64,000 nucleotides of DNA from Clostridium sp. (GCA_012798835.1 JAAZML010000056.1:1496-65495); one strand, 5' to 3'. Positions 29,207-39,711 are shown, counted from the first letter of the stretch. The notes: generated by a model not told the origin, from the sequence alone. Numbers and translations are program-made.

Positions 29207-30418
29207 ATGGAAGCCATAAAATCAGCGCTCAAGTCTTTAAGCGGTATGGTAAATCACAAGGTGGGGGGGGGTGTATATGTGATTGACTTAAAAGCTGAGC
29301 TTAAGAATTACCCTTTGGTTCAAATTGACGAATTAGAAAGAAATAACCCAGACATATCAAGCGATATGAGGGATTCTTTGATATTGTATAATAAGGCACT
29401 AGAAAAACTACATGCTGGTAGTGAAGATATTGCAATAATTGAGCTTAAAAAGGCCATTTCTCTAAACCCCGATTTTTATGAGGCGAACAATCTCTTAGGT
29501 ATCGTATATGCACATACAAAGGATTTTAATAAAGCCGAGCATACCTTCAAAAAGGTTATAGATGCAGAAAAGAGTGGCGTAAGGGCTTTAAATTACTTAA
29601 GGGAAATCGGTTCTGATTACGAATTTTTTGTTAAACAAGGCTCTAAAGGGAGAAAGAAGGGCAAAGATACTGCTTCAAAAAAATATGAGGGACTAAAAAA
29701 TGAAAGGGATTCTGCGCTTTTTCTCAATACTCCATTGGGGCAAGAGAGGCATAAGACCAAAACCATAGTTGGTATTTTATTAGGTTTCATTTTAGGTTCT
29801 TTGCTTGTCTTTGCACTTAGCTTTAAGTACTACGGTATGGCAGATAATGAAGAGATCCTTTGCTTATTAATCGAAGAGAAAACAAACGCTATTGAGCAAA
29901 GAGATAAAATAGAACTAGAAAACAAAGAACTGCTGCAAAGGTATAATGATCTTAATGAGCAATTTAATGAAGCGACAAAGCAGGCCGATTATTATTTGGG
30001 GGTAGCAAAGCTGCTAGATATCGAAAAGCTTGTTCTTGAAAATAAAATTACCAAAGCTGCAGATGAGCTTCTTCTTTTGGGCAACAATGTTTTCGAAGGT
30101 GCTGGGGAGGAAAAATACCGGGTGCTTCTCGATAAGGTAATGAACAAGGCAGCCCAAATAGAGTTTAATGAAGGCAAAAAAATATTTGATGCAGGCAACT
30201 ACCGGGAGGCTCTTGGGAGGTTTGATAAGTCCCGTTCCTATAGTGAGGATTGGAGCTATGCGGTCAATAATCTTTATCATTGTGGGGTGTGCTACCAAGA
30301 GCTTAACAATACCACTATTGCAGTTAAAACCTTTGAAGAGCTTATTGAAAAATATCCCTCAAGCGCATTTGCTCAATATTCTAGAAACCGCATAAACCAA
30401 ATTGAGAACACCCAATAA
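29207..30418 (+). CDS. Single-pass membrane protein with TPR repeats and a coiled-coil segment
   Basis: TPR-like 'AIIELKKAISLNPDFYEANNLLGIVYAHTKDFNKAEHTFKKVI', TM 'IVGILLGFILGSLLVFALSF', coiled-coil 'EQRDKIELENKELLQRYNDLNEQFNE', and C-terminal TPRs 'YHCGVCYQELNNTTIAVKTFEELIEKYP'. Confidence 0.8.
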   Translation: MEAIKSALKSLSGMVNHKVGGGVYVIDLKAELKNYPLVQIDELERNNPDISSDMRDSLILYNKALEKLHAGSEDIAIIELKKAISLNPDFYEANNLLGIVYAHTKDFNKAEHTFKKVIDAEKSGVRALNYLREIGSDYEFFVKQGSKGRKKGKDTASKKYEGLKNERDSALFLNTPLGQERHKTKTIVGILLGFILGSLLVFALSFKYYGMADNEEILCLLIEEKTNAIEQRDKIELENKELLQRYNDLNEQFNEATKQADYYLGVAKLLDIEKLVLENKITKAADELLLLGNNVFEGAGEEKYRVLLDKVMNKAAQIEFNEGKKIFDAGNYREALGRFDKSRSYSEDWSYAVNNLYHCGVCYQELNNTTIAVKTFEELIEKYPSSAFAQYSRNRINQIENTQ

Positions 30419-30509
30419 TAAATATGACCCCTACAAAACTAAAAATACTATTTTAAAGATCCGTTTAATATATATAAAATAGTTATTATCTATTGCGGAG
30501 AGACGTGTA

Positions 30510-31571
30510 ATGCTACAAAGTCATGGATTGACAAATCTTGTGCTTGGTGGGGGCGGAATAAGGGGCATAGCATATATAGGTATGCTTGAGGCAGCTAGGG
30601 CGAAGGGATTTGTGTTCAGAAATATCGCAGGTGTATCTGCTGGGGCTTTGGTTGGTGCTCTGACGGGTGCAGGATATGGACCTTGGGAATTAAAAAAGGT
30701 TCTTGGGGAAAGCAAATTAGACGGGATCAATATGAAGGATGCCTCCCGAAGAATGCCGATTGTGCGTCAGTTTCTTGAATATTGTACAAACAGTAGATAT
30801 GTGGGTGTAGAGAGCTTCAAGGAGTTTTTGGGGGTTTCTTCAAGTTCGATGAGACACTACAAAAATGCTAATTCAGACGTACTAAAAGAGCAAAGAAATA
30901 ATATCTTCAAAAACATAATCACCTACAGTAAGGAAGGAAGCCTTTTTAATGGTGATTACCTTGAAGAATGGGTATATAAAATACTTTTGAAAAAAGGGAT
31001 CAAAACTTTTGCAGATTTGAGAACGGAAACGAGTGATAAGTTAAATCCGAAGGGTTACAAAGTAAGAATGACTGCGGTAGATGTAAGCCGTGGTAAAGTA
31101 ATAATTTTACCGGATGACATTGCATTTTATGGTATAGAGCCGGGGCATCTTGAGGTTGCAAAAGCCATAAGAATGAGCACTAGTGTGCCCTTTGCATTTA
31201 AGCCAGTGCAAATCAACAAAGAATACAATGGCATAACAAAGACATTTTATTTGGTGGATGGGGGAATTTTGGACAATTTGCCTATTTGGCTTATATCTCC
31301 CTCCCAAACAACCCCACTAGTTGCGGGTGTGTTGAGGGGTAGAGCCAAATTTAGTGTTATGACTCCCCTCAACATATTAAAAACACTTATATCGGTTGTT
31401 CATGATTTTGGAATACCCGATACAAAACAGTACGAAAATTGCTCTATAGTAAAGATTAATACGGGAAGTATTTCTTTTTTGGATTTTGGTTTGACTGATA
31501 GAGAGAGAGAATATCTGATACAATCCGGAAAAAGGGCTGCATACCATGCCTTTGGGAGATTTCGTATGTAG
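30510..31571 (+). CDS. Patatin-like phospholipase
   Basis: Oxyanion 'LVLGGGGIRGIAYIG', nucleophile elbow 'AGVSAGA' (GxSxG), and catalytic Asp 'LVDGGILDNLP'. Confidence 0.88.
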   Translation: MLQSHGLTNLVLGGGGIRGIAYIGMLEAARAKGFVFRNIAGVSAGALVGALTGAGYGPWELKKVLGESKLDGINMKDASRRMPIVRQFLEYCTNSRYVGVESFKEFLGVSSSSMRHYKNANSDVLKEQRNNIFKNIITYSKEGSLFNGDYLEEWVYKILLKKGIKTFADLRTETSDKLNPKGYKVRMTAVDVSRGKVIILPDDIAFYGIEPGHLEVAKAIRMSTSVPFAFKPVQINKEYNGITKTFYLVDGGILDNLPIWLISPSQTTPLVAGVLRGRAKFSVMTPLNILKTLISVVHDFGIPDTKQYENCSIVKINTGSISFLDFGLTDREREYLIQSGKRAAYHAFGRFRM

Positions 31572-31850
31572 ATGGAGGGAGAACAATCTAGGGACGTTAT
31601 ACCAAAAATAATTTTGCGAGGAAATATTCTTTATTTTTATAAGAATTTATTATATTATTAAGAGCAGGGGTATTTTGTTTTTGCTAAAGAATAATCTTAG
31701 AAAAACCCCAAAACAAAGATTCTATAAACGCAGGACTTAATGATTCAGGAATATCGCTTTTGGACGCAATTAAGGTCAACCTCTTCAAAAGGTATTATGG
31801 TTGCCTCCTGGGATTTATTTCTGCGGCTTGTGGTATTAGGAGGACACAAA

Positions 31851-33350
31851 ATGTATTATAAAAGTACTCGGGGAGGAACAGATCCATCCCTAGCAGCCGA
31901 TGTTATAAAACAGGGGATGGCACCTGGAGGGGGCTTGTTTGTTCCGGAAAAGAAACCCAAATTCACTCTGGAACAAATTGGTGCTTTAATAGATTCCGAT
32001 TATCGGGAGCGGGCAATAAAAATAATAAGCCCCTACCTTACAGACTATTCAGATAAGGATATAAAGGATTGTGTTTATAATGCCTACACCAAAGAGAAGT
32101 TTGGGCACTCGGACATAGCACCCCTTTACAAGCTTAACGATAATGTAAATATTTTAGAATTGTGGCATGGACCGACCTATGCTTTTAAGGACATGGCACT
32201 CCAGATTTTACCTCATTTTCTCGTAAAGGCCATAAAAAAAACCGGGGAAACTGATGAGGTAGTTATTTTAGTTGCAACGTCAGGGGATACGGGGAAGGCA
32301 GCCTTAGAGGGTTTCAAGGATGTTGATGGGACGAAAATAATTGTTTTCTACCCCGAAAACGGGGTCAGCCAGATTCAAAAAATGCAAATGGTTACGCAGC
32401 CGGGGACGAATGTATATTCAGTAGGTGTGGATGGTAATTTTGACGATACTCAAACTGGTGTAAAAGCGATTTTTTCCGATAAAATATTAGACAACAAAAT
32501 GCAGCAGGCCAGTTATAGGTTTTCATCGGCCAACTCCATCAACTGGGGGCGTTTGCTACCGCAACTGGTATATTATTTTTCGGCGTATCTAGATATGGTT
32601 AAGAGGAATGAAATAAAGTTAGGGGATGCAATAAATGTAGCAGTTCCTACTGGGAATTTTGGTAATATCCTTGCTGCTTATTATGCTATAGAGATGGGGC
32701 TTCCGGTCAATCGGCTTATTTGCGCCTCAAATGAAAACAATGTTCTTACTGATTTTATAAACACCGGTATATACGACAGAAATAGGGAATTTAAAAAAAC
32801 AATATCCCCCTCAATGGATATACTGATATCAAGCAATTTGGAAAGACTTTTGTTCGAAATTACTGGGGGGAAATCTGATCTTATCGGCCAGTGGATGAAT
32901 CAGTTAAATACCAAGGGGTGGTATAAAATCGATCCCGTTTATAAAAAGAGAATATCAGATATCTTCTGGTCGGATTTTTCAAGGGAGGATGAGATATTAA
33001 ACACTATAAAGGCAATCTACAATGAATACCGGTATGTGGTTGATACGCATACGGCTATTGCCATTGATGTATATGACAAATATGTGATTTCGACGGGTGA
33101 TATGACCAAAACGATTATAGCATCCACCGCCAGTCCCTTCAAATTTAATACAAGTGTTGTAAAGGCAATTTTCGGGGAAAACATCCTAGACGGTCAGACG
33201 GAATTTGGACTTCTTGAGATATTATCCAACAAATGCAAAATCAATATTCCCAAAGGTTTACGGGAATTGGAAGGCCTGCCTATAAAACATAGGACAATCT
33301 GTAAAGTTGGTGAAATGAGAGCCCAAGTTGAAAACATTTTAGGTTTATAA
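31851..33350 (+). CDS. thrC: Threonine synthase (long, E. coli-type form)
   Basis: 'MYYKSTRGG' N-terminus, PLP lysine motif 'HGPTYAFKDMALQ', 'ATSGDTGKAA', 'SANSINWGRLLPQ'. The ATG at 31851 follows 'taggagga'; the ORF track extends to 31740. Confidence 0.93.
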   Translation: MYYKSTRGGTDPSLAADVIKQGMAPGGGLFVPEKKPKFTLEQIGALIDSDYRERAIKIISPYLTDYSDKDIKDCVYNAYTKEKFGHSDIAPLYKLNDNVNILELWHGPTYAFKDMALQILPHFLVKAIKKTGETDEVVILVATSGDTGKAALEGFKDVDGTKIIVFYPENGVSQIQKMQMVTQPGTNVYSVGVDGNFDDTQTGVKAIFSDKILDNKMQQASYRFSSANSINWGRLLPQLVYYFSAYLDMVKRNEIKLGDAINVAVPTGNFGNILAAYYAIEMGLPVNRLICASNENNVLTDFINTGIYDRNREFKKTISPSMDILISSNLERLLFEITGGKSDLIGQWMNQLNTKGWYKIDPVYKKRISDIFWSDFSREDEILNTIKAIYNEYRYVVDTHTAIAIDVYDKYVISTGDMTKTIIASTASPFKFNTSVVKAIFGENILDGQTEFGLLEILSNKCKINIPKGLRELEGLPIKHRTICKVGEMRAQVENILGL

Positions 33351-33808
33351 AGCTGGGCATAAAAATACTACAAGGAAGCAGGGTGTAATTTGGCCCTTGC
33401 CCCCTTGTAGACTTATCTATAGTTTTTTGTGTATCAAACCATTCTATATAGGCTACAAAAAAGATTTACATATGCAAATACAGTTGGTGTATTTGCTTTT
33501 ACAGGCTACAAGCTAACTCTTATCATAGCATTTGAATTAATGTATGTATTTTGTAATACCAAAAATATTGTAAAATACTTTTCGCAAAATACATAATAGA
33601 TCATCTTTATTATAGGGTAGATACAATCTAATGCCGTAGAAGCAATATCGCAATCGTTCAAAGTTAAAAGAAGAAAAAATTATAATATTTATGAAATGGG
33701 AATTGGTTACCGATATATACTAAAAGGTATAAAAAAATTTTGAAACTATTAATTAATAACACAAATGAGATTTTATTAAAAACAGAAGGGATGGAGGTGT
33801 TTAAAGGT

Positions 33809-34180
33809 ATGAAAGAGATGAAATTTCTGGTGGTGGATGACGCTTTTTTTATGAGAAAGCATATAGGTAACACACTAAATTCGCTAGGATACAGCAATGT
33901 AGAGTTTGCTGTGGATGGGTTGGAGGCCGTTGAAAAGGCACAGGAAATACAGCCACAGGTAATAACGTTAGATGTGTCTATGCCCGGCATGGATGGAATC
34001 GAAGCTATGGAGAAAATTCTTAAAGTTAGTTCAAAAAGCAAGATAATAATGATTTCTGCAGTGACTTCCGAGAAAGTTATTGGTTGTGCACTGCAAAATG
34101 GTGCAATAGATTACATATCTAAGCCCTTCAGTCGAAGAGATGTAGAAAGTAGCATAAAAAAATGCGTTTTTACAGACTAA
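33809..34180 (+). CDS. Stand-alone CheY-like response regulator receiver protein
   Basis: 'KFLVVDDAFFMRK...VITLDVSMPGMDG...IIMISA...GAIDYISKPF' has the acidic pocket, phospho-acceptor Asp, and conserved Ser/Thr and Lys. The ATG at 33809 follows 'ggaggtg'. Confidence 0.88.
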   Translation: MKEMKFLVVDDAFFMRKHIGNTLNSLGYSNVEFAVDGLEAVEKAQEIQPQVITLDVSMPGMDGIEAMEKILKVSSKSKIIMISAVTSEKVIGCALQNGAIDYISKPFSRRDVESSIKKCVFTD

Positions 34181-34341
34181 TAGAAAGACTAATGTTATTT
34201 AATTATGTAAACAGGTCGATATAATAATATAGGCTGTAGAAACCAATAACACCGATAAGGCAAATTGCTTCTAATTGCCCTAAATATAAAAAACTCTTTT
34301 GACAGTGCAATAATGGGTCAAACTCCAAGGGAGGATCTATT

Positions 34342-35853
34342 GTGCGAAAAATAAAATCGAGGATATCCTCAGGATATAAAATAATAGCAGTAGACGATGA
34401 AAGGGGAATACTAGATTCCTTATCCGTGCTAGTAAGAAGGTTGGGTTACAATTATACAGGAGTCGACAATCCCGTAGAGGCTATAAGGGCAATAAAGGAA
34501 GGCGACTTTGATTTGCTTATATTAGACTTTCTTATGGAGCCCCTGCAGGGCGATGAGGTGGTAAAACAGATAAGAAAGTTTAATAGGGATTTGTATATCC
34601 TACTCCTTACTGGCTATAAGGATATTGCGCCCCCCTTGAAGACGATAAAAACCCTTGACATACAGGGATACTGTGAGAAGGCGGACAATTTTGATCAGCT
34701 TATTCTCTTTATCGAATCCGCTGTAAAAACGATAGAACAAAGAAAAACCATAAAGTACTTTAAGGACGGGCTCAAACAAATACTTGATTCAACACCGCGA
34801 ATATACCGATTACAGTCCATAGCCGAAATACTTGGAGATATTCTTTTGGAGGCAACGGATTTAGTCAAGTGTAAAAACGCATTTATTTTGGTAGATAACT
34901 TTATTTTTTGCAATAGCAAAGAAGAAAGTGTTTATAAGGGTGTTGGATATTTTGATGTGTCACCCGATGAATTTGCCAAAATGCTCACCCCAGGGTTTAT
35001 GGAGAACATTGGTCTGGCTAGGGATGCAAAAAAATGCAAAAAAACCGAGGAGGGGGTTGTTATACCGATTAAAGGGGATATGGACAAAATCTTAGGCGTT
35101 ATTTATCTTGAAACCGATGGGTTATCCAACGTGGCTAGCCTTTTGGAAGTGTTTGCAACCCAGGTTGCAACGTCCATAAATAATATACGCCTCCATTCCC
35201 TTGTAAGTATTAAGAATAATGAATTGGACAGGACATATAGAGAGCTTAAACAAAGGTATCTAGACGCCATACAGGTTCTGCGCTTAACCGTTGATGCAAA
35301 GGATGTATATACAAGGGGGCATTCCGATAGGGTGGCCTATTATGCAGTAGAGATAGGTAAAGGTTTTAATTTAGGAGAGAGTGACTTGGAAAAGCTGAAG
35401 GCTGCTGGCATTTTTCATGACATAGGTAAGATAGGTATTGCCGATGATATCTTATTTAAAACAGATAAACTTGTAGATAATGAGTATTCAAAGATAAAAG
35501 AGCACCCTTTAAAGGGTGCGCATATATTGTCTGCAATGTCTATGTTCAAAGATGTTGTTCCTATAGTGAAGTATCACCATGAAAGGGTAGACGGAAGGGG
35601 GTACCCCTGCGGATTAAAGGGGGAGGAAATACCCTTTTTGGCGAGGATTATATCTGTAGCGGATGCATTTGATGCTATGACATCGGACAGACAGTACAGG
35701 ACCAAGCTAAAGCTAGCGGATGCAAAGGAGCAGCTTGCTGCTAATTCGGGGACACAATTCGATTCTGATGTGGTGGAGAAGTTTTTGGACATTTTAAAGA
35801 ACTTTGACGAGATGCAAAAAGAAATTGAGTATACGTATTTTGTATACAAATAA
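34342..35853 (+). CDS. Response regulator with receiver, GAF-like middle region and HD-GYP domain (probable c-di-GMP phosphodiesterase)
   Basis: Receiver 'KIIAVDDE...LLILDFLMEPLQGDE...ILLLTGY...EKA'. HD-GYP motifs 'HSDRVAYYA', 'GIFHDIGKIGI' and 'HHERVDGRGYP'. The GTG start follows 'gggagga'. Confidence 0.88.
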   Translation: MRKIKSRISSGYKIIAVDDERGILDSLSVLVRRLGYNYTGVDNPVEAIRAIKEGDFDLLILDFLMEPLQGDEVVKQIRKFNRDLYILLLTGYKDIAPPLKTIKTLDIQGYCEKADNFDQLILFIESAVKTIEQRKTIKYFKDGLKQILDSTPRIYRLQSIAEILGDILLEATDLVKCKNAFILVDNFIFCNSKEESVYKGVGYFDVSPDEFAKMLTPGFMENIGLARDAKKCKKTEEGVVIPIKGDMDKILGVIYLETDGLSNVASLLEVFATQVATSINNIRLHSLVSIKNNELDRTYRELKQRYLDAIQVLRLTVDAKDVYTRGHSDRVAYYAVEIGKGFNLGESDLEKLKAAGIFHDIGKIGIADDILFKTDKLVDNEYSKIKEHPLKGAHILSAMSMFKDVVPIVKYHHERVDGRGYPCGLKGEEIPFLARIISVADAFDAMTSDRQYRTKLKLADAKEQLAANSGTQFDSDVVEKFLDILKNFDEMQKEIEYTYFVYK

Positions 35854-35988
35854 TACATTTAACCCTTGCAGGGTTGGTATTATACCCTAGGCACTGGGGT
35901 GTAATGCCTGAAAAGGAATGTCTCTATAGTGTTTAATACTAGTGATTTTTAAATTATGGAGAGCATTTTAAATATTATGCAGAAAGAG

Positions 35989-36024
35989 CCTAAAGATTAA
36001 AACCGAGAATCTTTAGGTTTTTTT
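35989..36024 (+). terminator. Strong intrinsic terminator 135 nt downstream of the HD-GYP gene
   Basis: 'cctaaagatt-aaaaccgag-aatctttagg' is a 10-bp perfect stem followed by 'ttttttt'. Confidence 0.75.
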
Positions 36025-36112
36025 GATTTAAATCTTGAATTTACTTTGAAAATATGCTACTATTCACAGTGTGGGCACATATGTGCACGACACGTGGACG
36101 GGGGGAGGGGTT

Positions 36113-36556
36113 ATGGATCCTAGTACAAAATATTATCTAGTAGACTCTTCAGTACTTCCGGAGGTGTTTGTCAAGGTAGTGGAGGCAAAAAAACTTCTAG
36201 CTACAGGTACATTTAAAAACGTGAATGAGGCCGTCAAAAAAGTAGGTATTAGCCGAAGCGCATATTATAAATACAGAGATTTCATATCACCTTTTTATGA
36301 GACTACGCGGGGAAGGGTAGTGACCCTTTTCTTTACGGTAGAGGACTATTCAGGGATTTTATCGGCTATTATAAACAAGATTGCCAATTCAAAGGCAAAT
36401 ATAATAACTATAAATCAAAATATACCAATAAATGCTCTTGCAGATGTTACGGTTACTATAGAAACTGATTTAATGACAAAGGATATAAAGGATTTGATGT
36501 ATGAAATAGGCAATGTAGAAGGTGTCAGGAGGTATCAGATTCTTGCCAGAGAATAG
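36113..36556 (+). CDS. ACT domain protein, UPF0735 (PheB-like) family
   Basis: 'YYLVDSSVLPEVFVKVVEAKKLL..G..KNVNEAVKKVGISRSAYYKYRD' followed by ACT fold 'VTLFFTVEDYSGILSAI'. The ATG at 36113 follows a G-rich RBS. Confidence 0.8.
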   Translation: MDPSTKYYLVDSSVLPEVFVKVVEAKKLLATGTFKNVNEAVKKVGISRSAYYKYRDFISPFYETTRGRVVTLFFTVEDYSGILSAIINKIANSKANIITINQNIPINALADVTVTIETDLMTKDIKDLMYEIGNVEGVRRYQILARE

Positions 36557-36572
36557 AGGGAGGTTCAAACGG

Positions 36573-37823
36573 ATGGTAAATATTGCGATTTTGGGCTATG
36601 GTGTTGTTGGTTCAGGGGTGTTGGAAATTATAAAAAAGAATGGGGCCGGCATTTCCAAAAAGACAGGGAAAGAGGTCCGTGTTAAAAAGATATTGGATAT
36701 CAGGGATCTTTCTGATAGCCCAGAACGGGGTATTATAACAAGTGATTCAATGGAGATTATGGAAGACCCCAAAATTGACTTAGTGGTAGAGACTATAGGG
36801 GGGATTGGTGCAGCATATCACCTAACTTCGGAGGCCCTGTCAAGGGGTAAGCATGTTGTTACATCAAATAAGGAGTTGGTCGCCACCCATGGGCCCGAAC
36901 TTTTAGAACTTGCCAAGCAAAACGATGTAAACTATTTATTTGAAGCCAGTGTCGGGGGAGGGATCCCTGTGATACGTCCACTTAATCGATGTCTTGCCGC
37001 AAACGAAATTTATTCCATAACAGGGATACTTAATGGAACAACAAATTATATTTTAAGCCGTATGCAAAAAGAAGGCAGAGATTTTGCTGATGCTTTAAAA
37101 GAGGCGCAGGAGAAGGGATATGCAGAGGCAGACCCAACAGCGGATATTGAGGGTCACGATGCTTGTAGAAAGATAGCAATTCTTTCATCTATTGCCTTTG
37201 GTGAGTTTATTGATTACAATAATATTTACACCGAGGGTATATCAAAAATAAGTTCCTCGGATATTTTATATGCACAAAGTATGGGGGCAACCATAAAGCT
37301 TGTTGCTATTAGTAAGAAAACAGGGGGGCGTATCTGGGCAAGGGTAAGCCCTGCTATAGTTAAAAAAGGCAATCCGCTTTTTGGGGTTGAGGATGTATTT
37401 AATGCGGTTGTCATAGAGGGTGACGCCATCGGCGAGGTTATGTTTTACGGCCGTGGGGCAGGTAAGCTTCCCACCGCAAGTGCAGTTGTTGCGGATATGA
37501 TTGATATCATAACCCACCATGGTAATTTTGGGGAATACAACTGGTGCACGAAGGAGCGGGATAGCATCGCCAGTTCTGACGGTGATAGAGTAAGATATTT
37601 TGTGAGACTAGAAGCTGAAAATAAGGTTGAAGTGCAAAAAACTGTGGGCGAGGTATTTGGCAGCATCAAGTGGCTGGAGTCTTCTAATGCTTGCACAAAA
37701 GGCGAACTGGCCTTTGTGACCGAAAAGGCGGAGGAAAAAGAACATACTAAATCTTTTGAGGCAATAAAAGAAAACCCCTATGTAAAACGATTGGCAAATA
37801 CTATAAGGATACTGGATAAATAA
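36573..37823 (+). CDS. hom: Homoserine dehydrogenase
   Basis: 'VNIAILGYGVVGSGV' NAD site, 'VVTSNKELVA', 'FEASVGGGIPVIRPL', 'GILNGTTNYILS', 'GYAEADPTADIEGHDA', C-terminal ACT region. The ATG at 36573 follows 'gagggaggt'. Confidence 0.93.
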   Translation: MVNIAILGYGVVGSGVLEIIKKNGAGISKKTGKEVRVKKILDIRDLSDSPERGIITSDSMEIMEDPKIDLVVETIGGIGAAYHLTSEALSRGKHVVTSNKELVATHGPELLELAKQNDVNYLFEASVGGGIPVIRPLNRCLAANEIYSITGILNGTTNYILSRMQKEGRDFADALKEAQEKGYAEADPTADIEGHDACRKIAILSSIAFGEFIDYNNIYTEGISKISSSDILYAQSMGATIKLVAISKKTGGRIWARVSPAIVKKGNPLFGVEDVFNAVVIEGDAIGEVMFYGRGAGKLPTASAVVADMIDIITHHGNFGEYNWCTKERDSIASSDGDRVRYFVRLEAENKVEVQKTVGEVFGSIKWLESSNACTKGELAFVTEKAEEKEHTKSFEAIKENPYVKRLANTIRILDK

Positions 37824-37934
37824 AATCTAATAGACTAAATAGCTTTATTTGGATGTAACGCAAAAAAGCATAAATGATATGTATATTATAGTAGAAATAA
37901 GTATACTGTAAGGCATAAAACGGGAGGTAGACAT

Positions 37935-39287
37935 ATGAAAGTTGTTAAATTTGGGGGGTCATCACTGGCCGACTCTAGGCAAATAGAAAAGGCATGTGAG
38001 ATAATTTTAGCCGACAAAGAAAGGCGGCTTGTGGTGGTTTCCGCACCTGGTAAGCGCACAAAAGGGGACACAAAAATGACAGATCTTTTAATTGAAATGG
38101 CTGAAAAACATTTTCGGGGAGAAAATGCGAAGAAAGAGTTGAATCTAATCATTGAAAGGTTTGACGGTATTATAAAAGGGCTTGGTTTATCTTCAGATGT
38201 AACTGATATGATAGTTAATGATCTCAACGGCAGGTTAGATATGAGCTTGGATAATAAGGAGAAGTTTTTCGATACGATAAAGGCCGCAGGTGAGGATAAT
38301 AATGCAAAAATAGTGGCGGCGTACCTTGCCCAAAGGGGAGTGGATGCGGTATATGTAGATCCAAGGGAAGCTGGACTACTGCTCAATAACGAGTATGGAA
38401 ATGCTCGATTGCTGCCGGAATCCTACGGAAGATTAAGATTACTAAAAAAGAAAAACGGTATAATGATTTTCCCGGGGTTTTTTGGTTATTCTAAGGAAGG
38501 GGATGTGGTTACGTTTTCGCGTGGGGGATCGGATATAACTGGTTCCATATTGGCGGCCGCTATAAAGGCGGATTTATATGAAAACTTTACTGATGTGGAT
38601 TCTGTCTATGCAGCAGATCCTAGCATAGTGGAAAATCCCACACCAATTTCCGCCTTTACCTATAGAGAAATGAGGGAGTTATCCTATGCGGGTTTTTCCA
38701 TATTGCATGAAGAAACTCTTGAACCAGTTTATAGGATGGGCATCCCTGTATGTATAAAAAATACCAATAATCCAGCTGCACCAGGCACGGTGATTGCACC
38801 TACAAGGGAGTTGAATAATGGGCCAGTTATTGGAATAGCAAGCGGCTTGGGGTTTTGCAGTATTTATGTGAGTAAATACATGATGAATAGGGAGGTAGGT
38901 TTTGGGCGAAAAATACTAGCTATTTTGGAGGATGAGGGTTTATCATACGAACACATACCCTCGGGGATCGATAATGTATCCATAATCCTAGGACAAAGGC
39001 AATTTGATGAGGGTAAGGAAAAGCGTGTTGTTGGGCGCATAAAAGAAGAGCTTGGGGTGGACGATATTTTGGTTGAGCGTGATAGAGCTCTTGTTATGAT
39101 TGTAGGCGAGGGCATGATGAGTACAGTAGGCATTACGGCTAGGGCTGCAAAGGCATTATCACAGGCTAAAGTTAATATCGAAATGATAAACCAAGGTTCT
39201 TCAGAGGTAAGCATGATGTTTGGAATTAAGGAAAAGGATAACAGCACAGCGATAAAGGCGCTTTATAATGAGTTTTTTAGAAACTAA
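37935..39287 (+). CDS. Aspartate kinase
   Basis: 'MKVVKFGGSSLAD', 'VVVSAPGK', 'RGGSDITGS', and C-terminal tandem ACT 'ALVMIVGEGM...INIEMINQGSSEVSMMF'. Confidence 0.93.
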   Translation: MKVVKFGGSSLADSRQIEKACEIILADKERRLVVVSAPGKRTKGDTKMTDLLIEMAEKHFRGENAKKELNLIIERFDGIIKGLGLSSDVTDMIVNDLNGRLDMSLDNKEKFFDTIKAAGEDNNAKIVAAYLAQRGVDAVYVDPREAGLLLNNEYGNARLLPESYGRLRLLKKKNGIMIFPGFFGYSKEGDVVTFSRGGSDITGSILAAAIKADLYENFTDVDSVYAADPSIVENPTPISAFTYREMRELSYAGFSILHEETLEPVYRMGIPVCIKNTNNPAAPGTVIAPTRELNNGPVIGIASGLGFCSIYVSKYMMNREVGFGRKILAILEDEGLSYEHIPSGIDNVSIILGQRQFDEGKEKRVVGRIKEELGVDDILVERDRALVMIVGEGMMSTVGITARAAKALSQAKVNIEMINQGSSEVSMMFGIKEKDNSTAIKALYNEFFRN

Positions 39288-39711
39288 AAAAACATGACCT
39301 TGAAATACTTTGCAGGGAAATATATTTATAGCTGTATTTATTGTATGTGTTATTATGGGGATTATAGAATATTTAACTATAGACTGCATAATATTTGAGT
39401 AGATAAATATGATTATCCTGCAAGACTACCAATAAAAATCATTAATAAGTTGAAGTTATTAATAAAAACTGTATAATAAATATAGGCTAGATTTTATTCC
39501 AACATTTTTATCACCCTCGGAAAATATGCTCTAAGGTTGCCAACACAAAATAAAATTGCACGTTTTACAAACTTAGTTTCGTAAATCTATTCTATTTATA
39601 TATTCGAGTTCACCGTTATACCAGTATTTTTGGGTTAAAGCAAGGATATAGGGGGCACTAATTCCACTATATTTTGTTGGATATATTAAGATGTATTGGA
39701 GGAGGAAGGTA

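Noticed and set aside
30510-31571. Patatin-like phospholipase as a CBASS CapV-type effector
   Set aside because: No CD-NTase or cyclase, SMODS, SAVED or other signalling gene is nearby, and the flanks are housekeeping (folC, thrC).
39288-39711. Cobalamin riboswitch ahead of the CbiB-like gene
   Set aside because: I looked for a B12-box-like 'AGYCMGGAGACC' element and the GC-rich helices typical of the class and found neither in this very AT-rich leader. A covariance-model scan would settle it.
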